Assembly: GCA_032250835.1 (NCBI GenBank)
Contig: JAVVEA010000021.1
Coordinates: forward strand, 1-57,179
Reading direction: 5' to 3'
Origin: a bacterium
GTDB lineage: Bacteria > SAR324 > XYD2-FULL-50-16
Length of the DNA stretch: 57,179 bases
Shown here in pieces: positions 28,362 to 37,450 of this stretch; positions within the stretch are counted from its first letter, which is position 1; every line of letters starts with the position of its first letter. The translations under genes were made by a program, and so were the position numbers. The notes below the pieces were generated by a model. That model did no database searches. It saw only the letters and a list, made by a program, of their open reading frames with translations, and was not told the origin of the DNA.

Positions 28362-29678
28362 CTATCTAATCAAAATCCATTTGCCTTCCTTCCGCCCCCC
28401 AACCCGCTCTAGCCGCCCTTCATCCTTCAGCTGCCTGATTTGCAGCTCCACAGCACGCGTACTTATGCCCAAAGCTTCTGAAAGGGCGGAAATCGTAAGG
28501 GTCGGGTCTTCGGCAACCAGTTGAAGAATCTTTTCCGAAGTCTTTTCCGAAGTCTTTTCCGAAGCCTTTCCCGTACTTTTTTTCTCCTGCTCGATCTCCA
28601 GAGCCACCGGGTCCACAGGGAACCGGGTGCGGATGAAGTTGGCGGTGAAGGTAAAGGATTCGCGAGGGTAGGACTTGAGGATGCGGGGCATGCCGGAGCC
28701 CAGTTGTTCCACGAAACCCAAGTCCTTGAAGACGCGCATCAAGACTTTGTTTCGGGGGGAGGAATAGCCCGAGAAAAACTCTTCTTCGGCTAGGCCCGGC
28801 GGGACGGAGCCCGCCGAGGTGATTTCGATGCGGTCGGAGAACAGTTCGATCTTGGGAACGGCTTCGTTGGTGTAGTCGTTGTGGATTAGAGCGTTGATGA
28901 CGGCCTCCCGAAGGGCAATGGCGTTCCAAAGGCGGCGGGTGATCCGCTCTTTGGAGGTGATGCGTGTCACCGAGCGGTTTTCCACCTCCAGGCGGTCCAA
29001 GACCTGATTGCAGGACTTGATCAACGAGCAATACCCGTATTCCTCGTTTTCGATCAGGTCTACCCGGTCGGTGCCCCGATACTTGGCGACCTTGACTGAA
29101 TTCCCGTTTTGGTCGGCCAGCAGGTAGGCGGCATAGTTGTAATCGCCCTCTTCGGTCAGCAGTTCCAGGTTGGCGGCGAACTGCGGGCCGAGGTCGAAGC
29201 CCTTTTCTTGGTAGTAGATGCGCAACTGCTCGAAGTGCAGGTCTTGGCGGGGGGAGCGGATGCGGCTGATCGAATTGCGGGTGCGCTTGGCTAGGCGCTC
29301 CTCGATCATCCGGGTGGTCATGGGTTCGCTGGCGCTGCCAATGCGGAGGAAGCAGCCCTTCTCGGAAAGACCATATTTCTTCAGGTAGTAGGGCTTTTCC
29401 GATCCGCTAGCCAGGGTGATCTTGACGATCTGTTTCCCCTCGCGCTCCTCCAGCAGCACGTCAAAGAGCCCCAAGCAGGAGGGCAGAATATTGGTCTTGA
29501 GCCGGTCCTTGACCTTCAACTGAACCCCGTCCGCGTCCTCCAGCCCAACCACCGCACCGGCCTTGTCGATCCCCAGATAGACCAAGCCACCCTCAGGCGC
29601 GTTGAGAAAAGCGACCACCTCTTTCTCCAAGGAGTCGGTCAGCTCCTGTTTGTATTCGATGCGGTGGGATTCGATCAC
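28362..29678 (-). CDS. AlbA_2/Schlafen-like + HATPase_c_4 + HTH protein (RecG-like putative regulator family)
   Basis: ESHRIEYK, EVVAFLNAPEGGLVYLG, ALREAVINALIHNDY, PRN, EQLGSGM, C-terminal HTH with G.W. Confidence 0.85.
   Translation of the reverse strand: MIESHRIEYKQELTDSLEKEVVAFLNAPEGGLVYLGIDKAGAVVGLEDADGVQLKVKDRLKTNILPSCLGLFDVLLEEREGKQIVKITLASGSEKPYYLKKYGLSEKGCFLRIGSASEPMTTRMIEERLAKRTRNSISRIRSPRQDLHFEQLRIYYQEKGFDLGPQFAANLELLTEEGDYNYAAYLLADQNGNSVKVAKYRGTDRVDLIENEEYGYCSLIKSCNQVLDRLEVENRSVTRITSKERITRRLWNAIALREAVINALIHNDYTNEAVPKIELFSDRIEITSAGSVPPGLAEEEFFSGYSSPRNKVLMRVFKDLGFVEQLGSGMPRILKSYPRESFTFTANFIRTRFPVDPVALEIEQEKKSTGKASEKTSEKTSEKILQLVAEDPTLTISALSEALGISTRAVELQIRQLKDEGRLERVGGRKEGKWILIR
28531..28572. 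repeat. 12-bp tandem repeat encoding a TSEK linker
   Basis: TTTTCCGAAGTC twice plus degenerate copies (protein ASEKTSEKTSEK). Confidence 0.8.
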
Positions 29679-30029
29679 TATTTGCGCCTTGGCTGGTTGA
29701 TCCTCCTTTGGCCCCCTTGCCCAAGGGCGACAGGCGGTCAGAGGGCATGCTTCGGGCCAGGATATAGCGGTCTGCCTGCCTTGGCAAGCTGGCTTACTCC
29801 TGGCGCAATCAGCGGGGCGAAGTTTGCTGGCTCCCTAATGCTAGAAATTCGCCGTCCATTGCCGGGATTTATCCCCTAGTGGGCGTTATTTGGGTAGTCT
29901 GAGAGTTTTTCCCGGCGAACGGCGAGTTAAACCCATTCACCCCCGATCTGGCCAAACCCTGCAACCCAGCTTGTCTTGATCTTCGGCCCGGCATTGATTA
30001 CCATGAGGGCAACGCCAAGGAGTTGCCCC

Positions 30030-30257
30030 ATGAACGCTCAAATCAATCGCATCACCTTTGACCCCATGATTTGCCACGGGAAACCCTGCATCCGGGGCCT
30101 GCGGTATCCGGTGGAGATGATCCTAGACCTTCTGGCATCCGGCATGAGCCATGAGGAAATCATGGCCGATTACGCCGATTTGGAGCCCGAAGACCTTTTT
30201 GCCTGCCTCGCCTACGCAGCCCGGACGACCCGCGTTCAAGCGGTCCTGCCTGAATGA
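30030..30257 (+). CDS. DUF433 family antitoxin
   Basis: RITFDPMICHGKPCIRGLRYPVEMILDLLASGMS.EEI..DY.DL..EDL.ACLAYA. Confidence 0.9.
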   Translation: MNAQINRITFDPMICHGKPCIRGLRYPVEMILDLLASGMSHEEIMADYADLEPEDLFACLAYAARTTRVQAVLPE

Positions 30258-30345
30258 AGTTCTTGAACGACGCCCACTCCTGGCGATCCTAGAAACCCAC
30301 TCCTATATCAAGATTCGGGCCAACCAACTGCTGCTCCACGGGTAG
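30254..30345 (+). pseudogene. Internally deleted DUF5615 PIN-like toxin
   Basis: ATGA overlap with the DUF433 stop; starts MKFLNDA, and a different frame carries the tail LAILETHSYIKIRANQLLLHG*. Confidence 0.55.
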
Positions 30346-30541
30346 ACCATTCCTTTAATCAGGTGAAAACATACCCATTTAATGGACTAAAATCATGCCC
30401 CTATTAGTTGGCTTCCCGCCCCGCCTCGGAGGAGCCCTAGGGCCCCGGCAATGAAAGGCAAGACAAAAGGCGGGCCGCGAAAGGAGCCCTGAGGATTTGG
30501 CTCAAAGCAGGCCTAGACCTTTAGGCTAATAGACCCAAGGG

Positions 30542-31381
30542 CTACAGCCCTTCTACCTCGCCTTCGATCACCGCCTGGACGCGGCCGCCGACCCAGATAC
30601 CGCCTTCGGTTAGCTCTATGGCTACTTCGCCTTCGCGGCCCAAGGCCTGGCCTTGCCGGGCCTGATAGCGGCTGCCGGCCTGGATCACTCCCTTTTCTCG
30701 CAAATAGGCGGCCACCGCGCCGTTGCCGCTGCCGCAAACCGGATCTTCGATCACCCCGGCGGTTGGCGCAAAGCTGCGCAACTCTACATTTCCTTCTGCA
30801 TCACGGTAAAAGAGGGTCAGTCCGCTGACGCCGCATTCAAGGCTCAGGGCGCTGACCTCTGAGGGAGCCGGGCTTTTTTGGTACAAGACCTCTAAAGATT
30901 CCACCTCACTGACCAGCCACTTAGGGCCTAACTCCACCACCAAGCCGGTGGCCAACTCACGCCGCAGCAATTTGCGCATCAGGCGCTCTTGCACGGGCTT
31001 GAGCGGGCGGATATGGGCTTCGGGCATCCGTACTATATAGTCGCTGGGGCCCAGGGCTTTCAGCTCAACCTGACCGGCGGCGCATTCTTGCAGGTATCGC
31101 TCGCGCCCGGCCGTGGCCATGCCCCAAGCCAAAGCGCAATACAAAGCCCCCAAAGAGGGGTGCCCGGCAAAGGGGATTTCCTGCTGGGGCGTAAAGAGGC
31201 GGATCTTGTAGTCGGCTACTTCGCTGGGCTCGATAAAAACGGTTTCCGACAGATTGGTCCAGCGAGCAAAGTCCTGCATCCGCTGGCTATCTAGGGAGAC
31301 CTGGGGGCGGATCACCGCCAAGGGGTTGCCCTTGAGGGGGTCTAGCGAAAAAACGTTAACTTGAAGGTAGGGCCATTTCAT
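30542..31381 (-). CDS. PhzF family epimerase/isomerase
   Basis: GNPLAV, NLSETVF, FTP.QEIPFAGHP, EDPVCGSGNG, QG.ALGR. Confidence 0.92.
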   Translation of the reverse strand: MKWPYLQVNVFSLDPLKGNPLAVIRPQVSLDSQRMQDFARWTNLSETVFIEPSEVADYKIRLFTPQQEIPFAGHPSLGALYCALAWGMATAGRERYLQECAAGQVELKALGPSDYIVRMPEAHIRPLKPVQERLMRKLLRRELATGLVVELGPKWLVSEVESLEVLYQKSPAPSEVSALSLECGVSGLTLFYRDAEGNVELRSFAPTAGVIEDPVCGSGNGAVAAYLREKGVIQAGSRYQARQGQALGREGEVAIELTEGGIWVGGRVQAVIEGEVEGL

Positions 31382-31521
31382 CTATTTATTTGGTCAAAAA
31401 ATTGTTTCTCTTTCAGTTCTGTGACAGAGTTCTCAATTTTTGTAAAATCGTCTAGCCCTTTTATGGGCAAAAATGGTGGTAAATCTTCCAAATCCAAAGT
31501 CCCGCTAGGTCAAAAAGGGGC

Positions 31522-31560
31522 AAAAAAAAACCCCGAAATCCTTGTACCGGATATCGGGGT
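31522..31560 (-). terminator. Terminator after rplI
   Basis: ACCCCGA..ATCC/GGAT..TCGGGGT stem with A9 on + (U9 on -). Confidence 0.75.
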
Positions 31561-31590
31561 CTTTCTTTAAGCGAAGTCTAAGCTAGTAGC

Positions 31591-32112
31591 TTATTCCTCT
31601 TCTTCTTGACTGGCGGCTTGTTCCGCCGGGGCCTCTTCTTCGGCCTCAGCCTTGGGCTCTTTTACCAGTTCGTCTGCGGCGACCTTAATGGTCATAGACG
31701 CGTTCACTTCGCTGTGCAACTTAACCACTAGGTCATAGTTACCCAACGTCTTGATCGGGGCCAACAGGGTCACCAGACGTTTGTCTAGCTCAATGCCCTT
31801 TTCGGCAATCGCTTCGGTGATGTTCTTCTGGGTGACGGAGCCGAACAATTTGCCGGACTCGCCAGCCTTCACCTTGAAGACCATATCCAACGCTTCCAAC
31901 TTAGCTTTAAGGGCCTTGGCGGAATTGATGGCTTCTTCACGCTTCTTGTTGAGCAGAGCGCGCTGGTGCTCGATCTGCTTGATGTTCTGCCGGGTAACCG
32001 GCACGGCGAACCCTTGGGGGATCAGATAGTTCCGGGCATAGCCGGCCTTAACGATCACTTCGTCCCCTAGAGACCCGAGATTGTAGACGTCTTGCGTCAA
32101 AATTACGTTCAT
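31591..32112 (-). CDS. rplI: 50S ribosomal protein L9
   Basis: LGSLGDEVIVKAGYARNYLIP, GKLFGSVT. Confidence 0.97.
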   Translation of the reverse strand: MNVILTQDVYNLGSLGDEVIVKAGYARNYLIPQGFAVPVTRQNIKQIEHQRALLNKKREEAINSAKALKAKLEALDMVFKVKAGESGKLFGSVTQKNITEAIAEKGIELDKRLVTLLAPIKTLGNYDLVVKLHSEVNASMTIKVAADELVKEPKAEAEEEAPAEQAASQEEEE

Positions 32113-32130
32113 CGCTTACTCCTTGGGGTC

Positions 32131-32403
32131 TTAATCGTGGGACTCATCTTGGTACACATAACCATAGGCAAAAGACAGCAGCGCCGCGTTGCGTGCCCGC
32201 TTGATGGCAGCGGTCAGGCGAGCCTGACTGCGAGCACTCAAGCCGGTGATGCGGCGCGGGATGATCTTGCCTTTTTCGGTGATAAACTGGCGGAGCAGTT
32301 CAATGTCTTTGTAATCGATATCTTCGATTCCAGCAGCCTGCAAAGGGCAGGGGCGTTTGGCCACGCGCTCGCGGGTGCCGTTGTTGCGTCGTTTTTTGCC
32401 CAT
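32131..32403 (-). CDS. rpsR: 30S ribosomal protein S18
   Basis: [30 protein letters not shown]. Confidence 0.97.
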   Translation of the reverse strand: MGKKRRNNGTRERVAKRPCPLQAAGIEDIDYKDIELLRQFITEKGKIIPRRITGLSARSQARLTAAIKRARNAALLSFAYGYVYQDESHD

Positions 32404-32404
32404 C

Positions 32405-32782
32405 TTATGCTCCCAGGACGTCGGTTACCAGTTTGGCATTCTTGGCCGGGTCGGCCTTGAGTGATTCAAATTCCTTTTTGGCTTCTTCGACGCTGTCCAC
32501 TTGGACCACGAAGTACTTGAGCACTTGCTCGTCATAGCCCATCTGCTTCTCGGCGGCTTCGATCACCGCGCCGTCAGCTTGAAGATAAAGGATATGGTAA
32601 ATGCCGTGGGTTTTCTTTTGGATATGATAACCCAACCGACGGCGGCCCCAGACCGCTTCGGCGACCACTTTGCCGCCAGCCTTGGTGATCACCTCTTTGT
32701 GGCGATCCAAGACCGTTTTATTCTCTTCGTTGGTCAGGCTCCCATCGGAGATGACTACGAATTCGTAATAACTTTTGATCAT
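32405..32782 (-). CDS. rpsF: 30S ribosomal protein S6
   Basis: [17 protein letters not shown]; synteny with rpsR-rplI. Confidence 0.95.
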   Translation of the reverse strand: MIKSYYEFVVISDGSLTNEENKTVLDRHKEVITKAGGKVVAEAVWGRRRLGYHIQKKTHGIYHILYLQADGAVIEAAEKQMGYDEQVLKYFVVQVDSVEEAKKEFESLKADPAKNAKLVTDVLGA

Positions 32783-32792
32783 AAGGTTCCTT

Positions 32793-32827
32793 CTTCCTTA
32801 TGGTTAAAGCCCCGCAGGGCAAGGAAG
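32793..32827 (-). promoter_or_regulatory. S6:S18 ribosomal protein leader (autoregulatory RNA)
   Basis: Minus strand CTTCCTTGCCCTGCGGGGCTTTAACCATAAGGAAG: CTTCCTT/AAGGAAG stem with a CCC motif, sequestering the purine-rich SD region just upstream of rpsF. Confidence 0.65.
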
Positions 32828-32840
32828 GGGGTCATCCCCC

Positions 32841-33935
32841 TTAAACGTTGAAGCGAAAATTCATGATGTCTCCATCTTTGACAAGGTATTCCTTGCCTTC
32901 GGTCCTCAGCCGGCCTGCTTCTTTGACCTTGGCTTCAGACCCCAACTCGTCCATGTCCGCATAATGGAACACTTCGGCGCGGATAAAGCCGCGCTCGATG
33001 TCCGAGTGTATCTTTCCCGCTGCCTGGGGGGCCTTAGCCCCACGCATCACGTCCCAGGCGCGTACTTCTTTGACCCCAACGGTAAAGAAGCTAATCTGGT
33101 TGAGCAAGCGGAAGCCTTCGCGGATCACTTGGGCCAAACCGCTACTGTCGACGCCCATATCCACTAAAAATTCGGCCCGTTCTTCGGGCTCCATCTCGGC
33201 TAGCTCGGCTTCGAGCTTGCAACAAATCTTTACGCAAGTCACCCCTTCTTCGGCGGCCCGTGCCTTAACTGGTCCAACCAGCGGGGGGTCTTCGGTCAAG
33301 CCTTCTTCGGTGACGTTCATCACATAGAAGTAGGGCTTGGCGGTAATCAAGCCCAGTTCGGCGAGCCACTCAGTCTCGTCTTCGCCTTCAATTTTAAAGC
33401 TATGAGCCATCAACCCTTCGCCCAAATGCGCGCCTAGTCGCTCATAGAAGGGGATGGCTTGAGCTAATTTTTTGTCGCCTTTGGCTTGGCGGCGGATCTT
33501 GTCTAGTTTGCGCTCGACTTGCTCTAAGTCGGCCAAAATCAATTCGGTGTTGATCGTCTCAATATCGGCAATCGGGTCCACTTTGCCTTCGACGTGCACC
33601 ACGTTGTCGTCTTCAAAACAACGCACAATATGGGCAATGGCGTCCACTTGGCGGATATGGCTCAAGAACTGGTTCCCTAAGCCTTCGCCCTTACTAGCGC
33701 CCCGGACCAAGCCCGCAATATCCACCATTTTCAGGATATTGGGCACCGTCCTTTGGGGTTTGACCAACTCGGTCAGCCGGTCTAAGCGGGGGTCCGGGAC
33801 CTCCACAATACCCACGTTAGGCTCGATGGTACAGAAGGGGTAATTGGCCGCCTCTGCCGGAGCCGCCGTGATGGCGCGATACATGGTGGACTTGCCCACG
33901 TTAGGCAGTCCGACGATTCCCACTTCCAAAGACAT
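32841..33935 (-). CDS. ychF: Ribosome-binding ATPase YchF
   Basis: GIVGLPNVGKST, ANYPFCTIEPN, DIAGLV, GFIRAEV, DGDIMNFRFNV. Confidence 0.97.
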   Translation of the reverse strand: MSLEVGIVGLPNVGKSTMYRAITAAPAEAANYPFCTIEPNVGIVEVPDPRLDRLTELVKPQRTVPNILKMVDIAGLVRGASKGEGLGNQFLSHIRQVDAIAHIVRCFEDDNVVHVEGKVDPIADIETINTELILADLEQVERKLDKIRRQAKGDKKLAQAIPFYERLGAHLGEGLMAHSFKIEGEDETEWLAELGLITAKPYFYVMNVTEEGLTEDPPLVGPVKARAAEEGVTCVKICCKLEAELAEMEPEERAEFLVDMGVDSSGLAQVIREGFRLLNQISFFTVGVKEVRAWDVMRGAKAPQAAGKIHSDIERGFIRAEVFHYADMDELGSEAKVKEAGRLRTEGKEYLVKDGDIMNFRFNV

Positions 33936-33944
33936 TCAGGGGCC

Positions 33945-34499
33945 TTAAACTGCGGGCTGAACCATAATGGGTCGGCCTTCGATGAAATCAAAAATATAGT
34001 CACCCGCGGCTTCGGCGGCGTTGGCCAGGGCAATGGCCGAATCACCGGACAATTTGCCCAACACGTGCCCGGTCACCTTGGCTGCATGGGCAGGGCGTCC
34101 GATTCCGATACGCAAACGGGGGAATTCTGGGGTGCCCAGCAGTTCGATTAGATTCCTTAAGCCGTTGTGTCCGCCATGACCGCCTTTGGTCCGAAAGCGT
34201 AACCGGCCTAACTCAAGGTCTAAATCATCAGCCACCACCAAGATATTCTCGGCAGTGACCTTAAAAAACTGGGCGCAGGCGACAACCGAACGTCCGCTGA
34301 GGTTCATGTAGGTCTGGGGCTTGAGTAAAACGAAGGGGCAGCCATTTAAGCTGCCCTTGACGTATACCCCCTGATGCCCGGACTTCCAGCCCGTTTCTCC
34401 CAACCTTTCGGCGAGATGGTCCAATGCCGCGAATCCCGCGTTGTGCGGGGTGTCTTGGTATTGGTCCCCAGGATTCCCCAGGCCGACGATCAACCGCAT
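33945..34499 (-). CDS. pth: Peptidyl-tRNA hydrolase
   Basis: LIVGLGNPG, HNAGF, KPQTYMNLSG, GGHNGL, RLRIGIGRP. Confidence 0.96.
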   Translation of the reverse strand: MRLIVGLGNPGDQYQDTPHNAGFAALDHLAERLGETGWKSGHQGVYVKGSLNGCPFVLLKPQTYMNLSGRSVVACAQFFKVTAENILVVADDLDLELGRLRFRTKGGHGGHNGLRNLIELLGTPEFPRLRIGIGRPAHAAKVTGHVLGKLSGDSAIALANAAEAAGDYIFDFIEGRPIMVQPAV

Positions 34500-34504
34500 A
34501 GACC

Positions 34505-35125
34505 TTACTCGGCTGCAGCTTCCTCGGTGCCCTCTTCGCCTTCTTCTCCGTCCGCTACATCAGCAGCACGGCGGCGACCCGCAACGGTGATCACCGTTGG
34601 GTTGCGGCCTTTGACGATCGGCTTTACGCCTTCGGGATAGGGCAGAGATTCCATGTGGACAGACATACCGAATTCCAATCCGCTTACGTCAACGTGCAAT
34701 TCTTCGGGCAGGTCTTTGACCATGCACTTGACGGGCACCCGGCGGCGGATGGTCTGTAAAACGCCACCGAACTTAACTGCCGGGCAAAGGCCCACAGCCA
34801 CGACGGGCACGTTTACTTTAACGATGGTGGTGTCGTCCACTTCGCGGAAGTCGACGTGTAGCAAGCGGTCCCCGTGGTTGCTGAATTGGTAGTCTTGGAC
34901 CACCGCTTTCAGCTGGGTTTCCTTGCCGCCTTCTTCAAGCGTCAAATTGATTTGTTTGGTTACGCCCTTGAGGCTCTTGACAAAGCGGTTGCCCAAATCG
35001 GCGCGCATTTGCACCAAACGGGGTTCGCCTTTGCCATAAATGATCCCCGGGGTCAAACCGGTAACACGGAGCCGACGGTTGGCTCCTTTGCCAGTGGCCT
35101 CGCGGGCCTGCACGGTAAAGTTCAT
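34505..35125 (-). CDS. rplY: 50S ribosomal protein L25/Ctc
   Basis: GKGANRRLR..G..PGIIYG, LHVDF, TL5 C-terminal domain. Confidence 0.94.
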   Translation of the reverse strand: MNFTVQAREATGKGANRRLRVTGLTPGIIYGKGEPRLVQMRADLGNRFVKSLKGVTKQINLTLEEGGKETQLKAVVQDYQFSNHGDRLLHVDFREVDDTTIVKVNVPVVAVGLCPAVKFGGVLQTIRRRVPVKCMVKDLPEELHVDVSGLEFGMSVHMESLPYPEGVKPIVKGRNPTVITVAGRRRAADVADGEEGEEGTEEAAAE

Positions 35126-35266
35126 CTGAAGTCCTTATCCAAAGCTGGTTATGTACAACCCGTCCAGGTTCTGGTACTGATTGCGGGACAGGCCGGAAGG
35201 CGGTCTAAAGCTTTCTGGAATCCGAAAAACTAACACCCGCTTCCCAACTCGTCAATTCCCTTTTTT

Positions 35267-36484
35267 ATGGACCCCAAAGAACCTTTAATTCTTCTGATTG
35301 TGAGCGGTTCCGTAGCGGCTTACAAGGCGCTGGAACTAGTGCGCCGACTGCGCGAGCAAGCCTTTGGGGTGCAAGTCATCCTGACTGCCGGGGCCCAACG
35401 TTTCGTTACACCCTTGAGTTTTCAGGCCCTTTCGGGGCGTGAGGTCAAGACTGAACTATTTGACCTAGGCAGCGAAGCCAAGATAGGGCATATCGACCTT
35501 GCCCGCAAGGCCGATTTGATCTTAGTCGCGCCCGCCACGGCGGACCTGATGGCCAAAGCGGCCTTAGGCTTGGCCGATGACTACGCCAGCACCCTGCTCT
35601 TGGCCACCCAATCGCCCCAGCTTTGGGCTCCGGCAATGAACCACGCCATGTGGTCCCACCCCGCAACCCAACAAAACGCGGCGACTTTAAAGACACGCGG
35701 AGCGACGATTGTCGGCCCCGATTCAGGGGACTTAGCCTGCGGCGAAGAGGGCCCAGGCCGCTTGACGAGCACCGAAAATATTCTGGCCGCTTTGCAGTCG
35801 ATGACCGCTGCCAAGGGTCCGCTGAGCGGCAAGCAGGTTTTGGTCACCGCCGGGCCGACCCGTGAAAAAATCGACGCCGCACGTTATATAAGCAATCATT
35901 CTTCGGGTAAGATGGGTTTCGCCCTGGCTCAAGCAGCCCAGGCCCTAGGGGCCCAAGTTACGCTGGTTACGGGCCCGGTCGCCTTGAGCACGCCCCCGGG
36001 GGTGCAGCGGGTGGATGTGGTTACAGCTCAGGAGATGATGGAGGCGGTTTTGCAACACTTTGAAACTTCCGACCTCACCATCAAATGTGCCGCCGTAGGC
36101 GACTACCGGCTCAAAAACCCGGTAGATACCAAGCTAAAAAAAGCCGAAGACTTCAGTCTGGACTTAACGCTGAACGAAGACATCTTAGCCCGGTTGGGGC
36201 AGCTCAAGCGGGAGGATCAGGTATTGGTTGGTTTTGCTGCCGAAACGGGCGATCTGGCCCATTGGGCTCATTCTAAGCGCCAGCGCAAAGCTGCCGATTG
36301 GATTGTGGCCAATGACGTCAGCCTTGCCGATACGGGCTTTGATGGAGACCAGAATCAAGTCTTGGTGGCCCACGAAAAAGGGGAGTTTGAACTGGGCCCC
36401 ATGGCCAAGTCGGAGCTAGCCCGACAGCTCTTAACCCGCCTGTTAGAGGACCCTAAGCTAGGACCAAAACTCCGGCAGAACTAG
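35267..36484 (+). CDS. coaBC: Phosphopantothenoylcysteine decarboxylase/ligase
   Basis: SGSVAAYKA, APATA, PAMN, LACGEEGPGR, TAGPTRE.ID, SSGKMG, GFAAET. Confidence 0.96.
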   Translation: MDPKEPLILLIVSGSVAAYKALELVRRLREQAFGVQVILTAGAQRFVTPLSFQALSGREVKTELFDLGSEAKIGHIDLARKADLILVAPATADLMAKAALGLADDYASTLLLATQSPQLWAPAMNHAMWSHPATQQNAATLKTRGATIVGPDSGDLACGEEGPGRLTSTENILAALQSMTAAKGPLSGKQVLVTAGPTREKIDAARYISNHSSGKMGFALAQAAQALGAQVTLVTGPVALSTPPGVQRVDVVTAQEMMEAVLQHFETSDLTIKCAAVGDYRLKNPVDTKLKKAEDFSLDLTLNEDILARLGQLKREDQVLVGFAAETGDLAHWAHSKRQRKAADWIVANDVSLADTGFDGDQNQVLVAHEKGEFELGPMAKSELARQLLTRLLEDPKLGPKLRQN

Positions 36485-36657
36485 CCGTGGCCAGCTTTGC
36501 TGGTTTGGTATTGAGTCGTAGACCAGCGGGTATACACACAAGTCGCCGGGTCGATGCGGATGGTCTCGACAAAAGACGCCTGCCCCATAGCCAACCGGTA
36601 TTCGTTGCCATATTGGACCTGCTGGGCGGGGATCACCGAAATTTGAAAATCATTCAT
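36481..36657 (-). CDS. Small hypothetical protein (58 aa), not in the ORF track
   Basis: MNDFQISVIPAQQVQYGNEYRLAMGQASFVETIRIDPATCVYTRWSTTQYQTSKAGHG*; its stop overlaps the coaBC stop within CTAG. Confidence 0.45.
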   Translation of the reverse strand: MNDFQISVIPAQQVQYGNEYRLAMGQASFVETIRIDPATCVYTRWSTTQYQTSKAGHG

Positions 36658-36988
36658 CTCATTGTCTCAACAAGGGGTTGTCTGGTCGCTTAGGGGACTT
36701 TTAGCTGGCAATCGCGGGGCCACAAAAAAGCCTGCCTCGCGCTCACCACTTCGCTTTAAGGCCTAAATTTTCCTGCGGACAATGCTTAGATCATGCCAGT
36801 TACCAAGCTCAATCTGATGCTTTGATCACGCTAGCCCCCACCCCTAGGATCGGATTCTAAGCCAAAGCGGAACATCTTGAAAAGCTCAAAAAAGATGATC
36901 AACTTAAAGGAAAAAGTCTTGCCTTGGCCGCAGGGGTAGGGTAAAGGGTTAGGGAAAACCGGATTCGCCAACCCAAACGGTGCGCAAC

Positions 36989-37147
36989 ATGATGCAGTTC
37001 GTTTTTTCCATTTTACCTGTGCTGGCCATTCTCGCCTGCGTTCTCTTGTTTACGGTACCTGGGCTTTGGGGTGCTTTTTTCACCATGTCGCTCCTAGGCC
37101 ACAAAATGCAGTGGTTTGGTTTAGACAAAGGACCAGAAGACAAATAG
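36989..37147 (+). CDS. Small membrane protein (52 aa), not in the ORF track
   Basis: MMQFVFSILPVLAILACVLLFTVPGLWGAFFTMSLLGHKMQWFGLDKGPEDK*, followed by a terminator. Confidence 0.55.
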   Translation: MMQFVFSILPVLAILACVLLFTVPGLWGAFFTMSLLGHKMQWFGLDKGPEDK

Positions 37148-37165
37148 CCGCCTCTGGCGGCCCGC

Positions 37166-37194
37166 AAAAGCCCGGTTCTTCCGGGCTTTTTTTT
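37166..37194 (+). terminator. Rho-independent terminator
   Basis: AAAAGCCCGG-TTCTT-CCGGGCTTTTTTTT. Confidence 0.85.
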
Positions 37195-37316
37195 GTCCTC
37201 CGCCCGGCCAATTTGACCTAGCCTGTTGGGCCAAAGAGCCAACCTCTACCGGCCAACCTGACCGATCCGCCGGGATTACTGCAAACAAACCACTTCAAAA
37301 ACAGTTAGATAAAATA

Positions 37317-37334
37317 TTGGCACTGGGCCTGCAA
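37317..37334 (+). promoter_or_regulatory. Candidate sigma-54 promoter of the small heat-shock operon
   Basis: TTGGCACTGGGCCTGCAA has GG-N10-GC spacing with TGGCAC at -24. Confidence 0.5.
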
Positions 37335-37450
37335 TAAAGGTTCTTGTTCCTTGGTTGGAGTTTCCCTAGCCCGGCAGGTTTCGTTCCCCTTAGCCTGCCG
37401 GGCACTCCCATACCCCGGTACAAACCAAAACCTTCACCGTGAGAGCCCAG

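Noticed and set aside
30397-30495. GC-rich stretch with repeated GGAGCCCT
   Set aside because: Too short and unstructured to assign as an ncRNA or repeat element.
36487-36693. 68-aa plus-strand ORF from the track
   Set aside because: Antisense to a more plausible 58-aa ORF and has no RBS.
37317-37345. CIRCE element before hsp20
   Set aside because: Only a partial left arm (TTGGCACT) is present; there is no GAGTGCTAA right arm.
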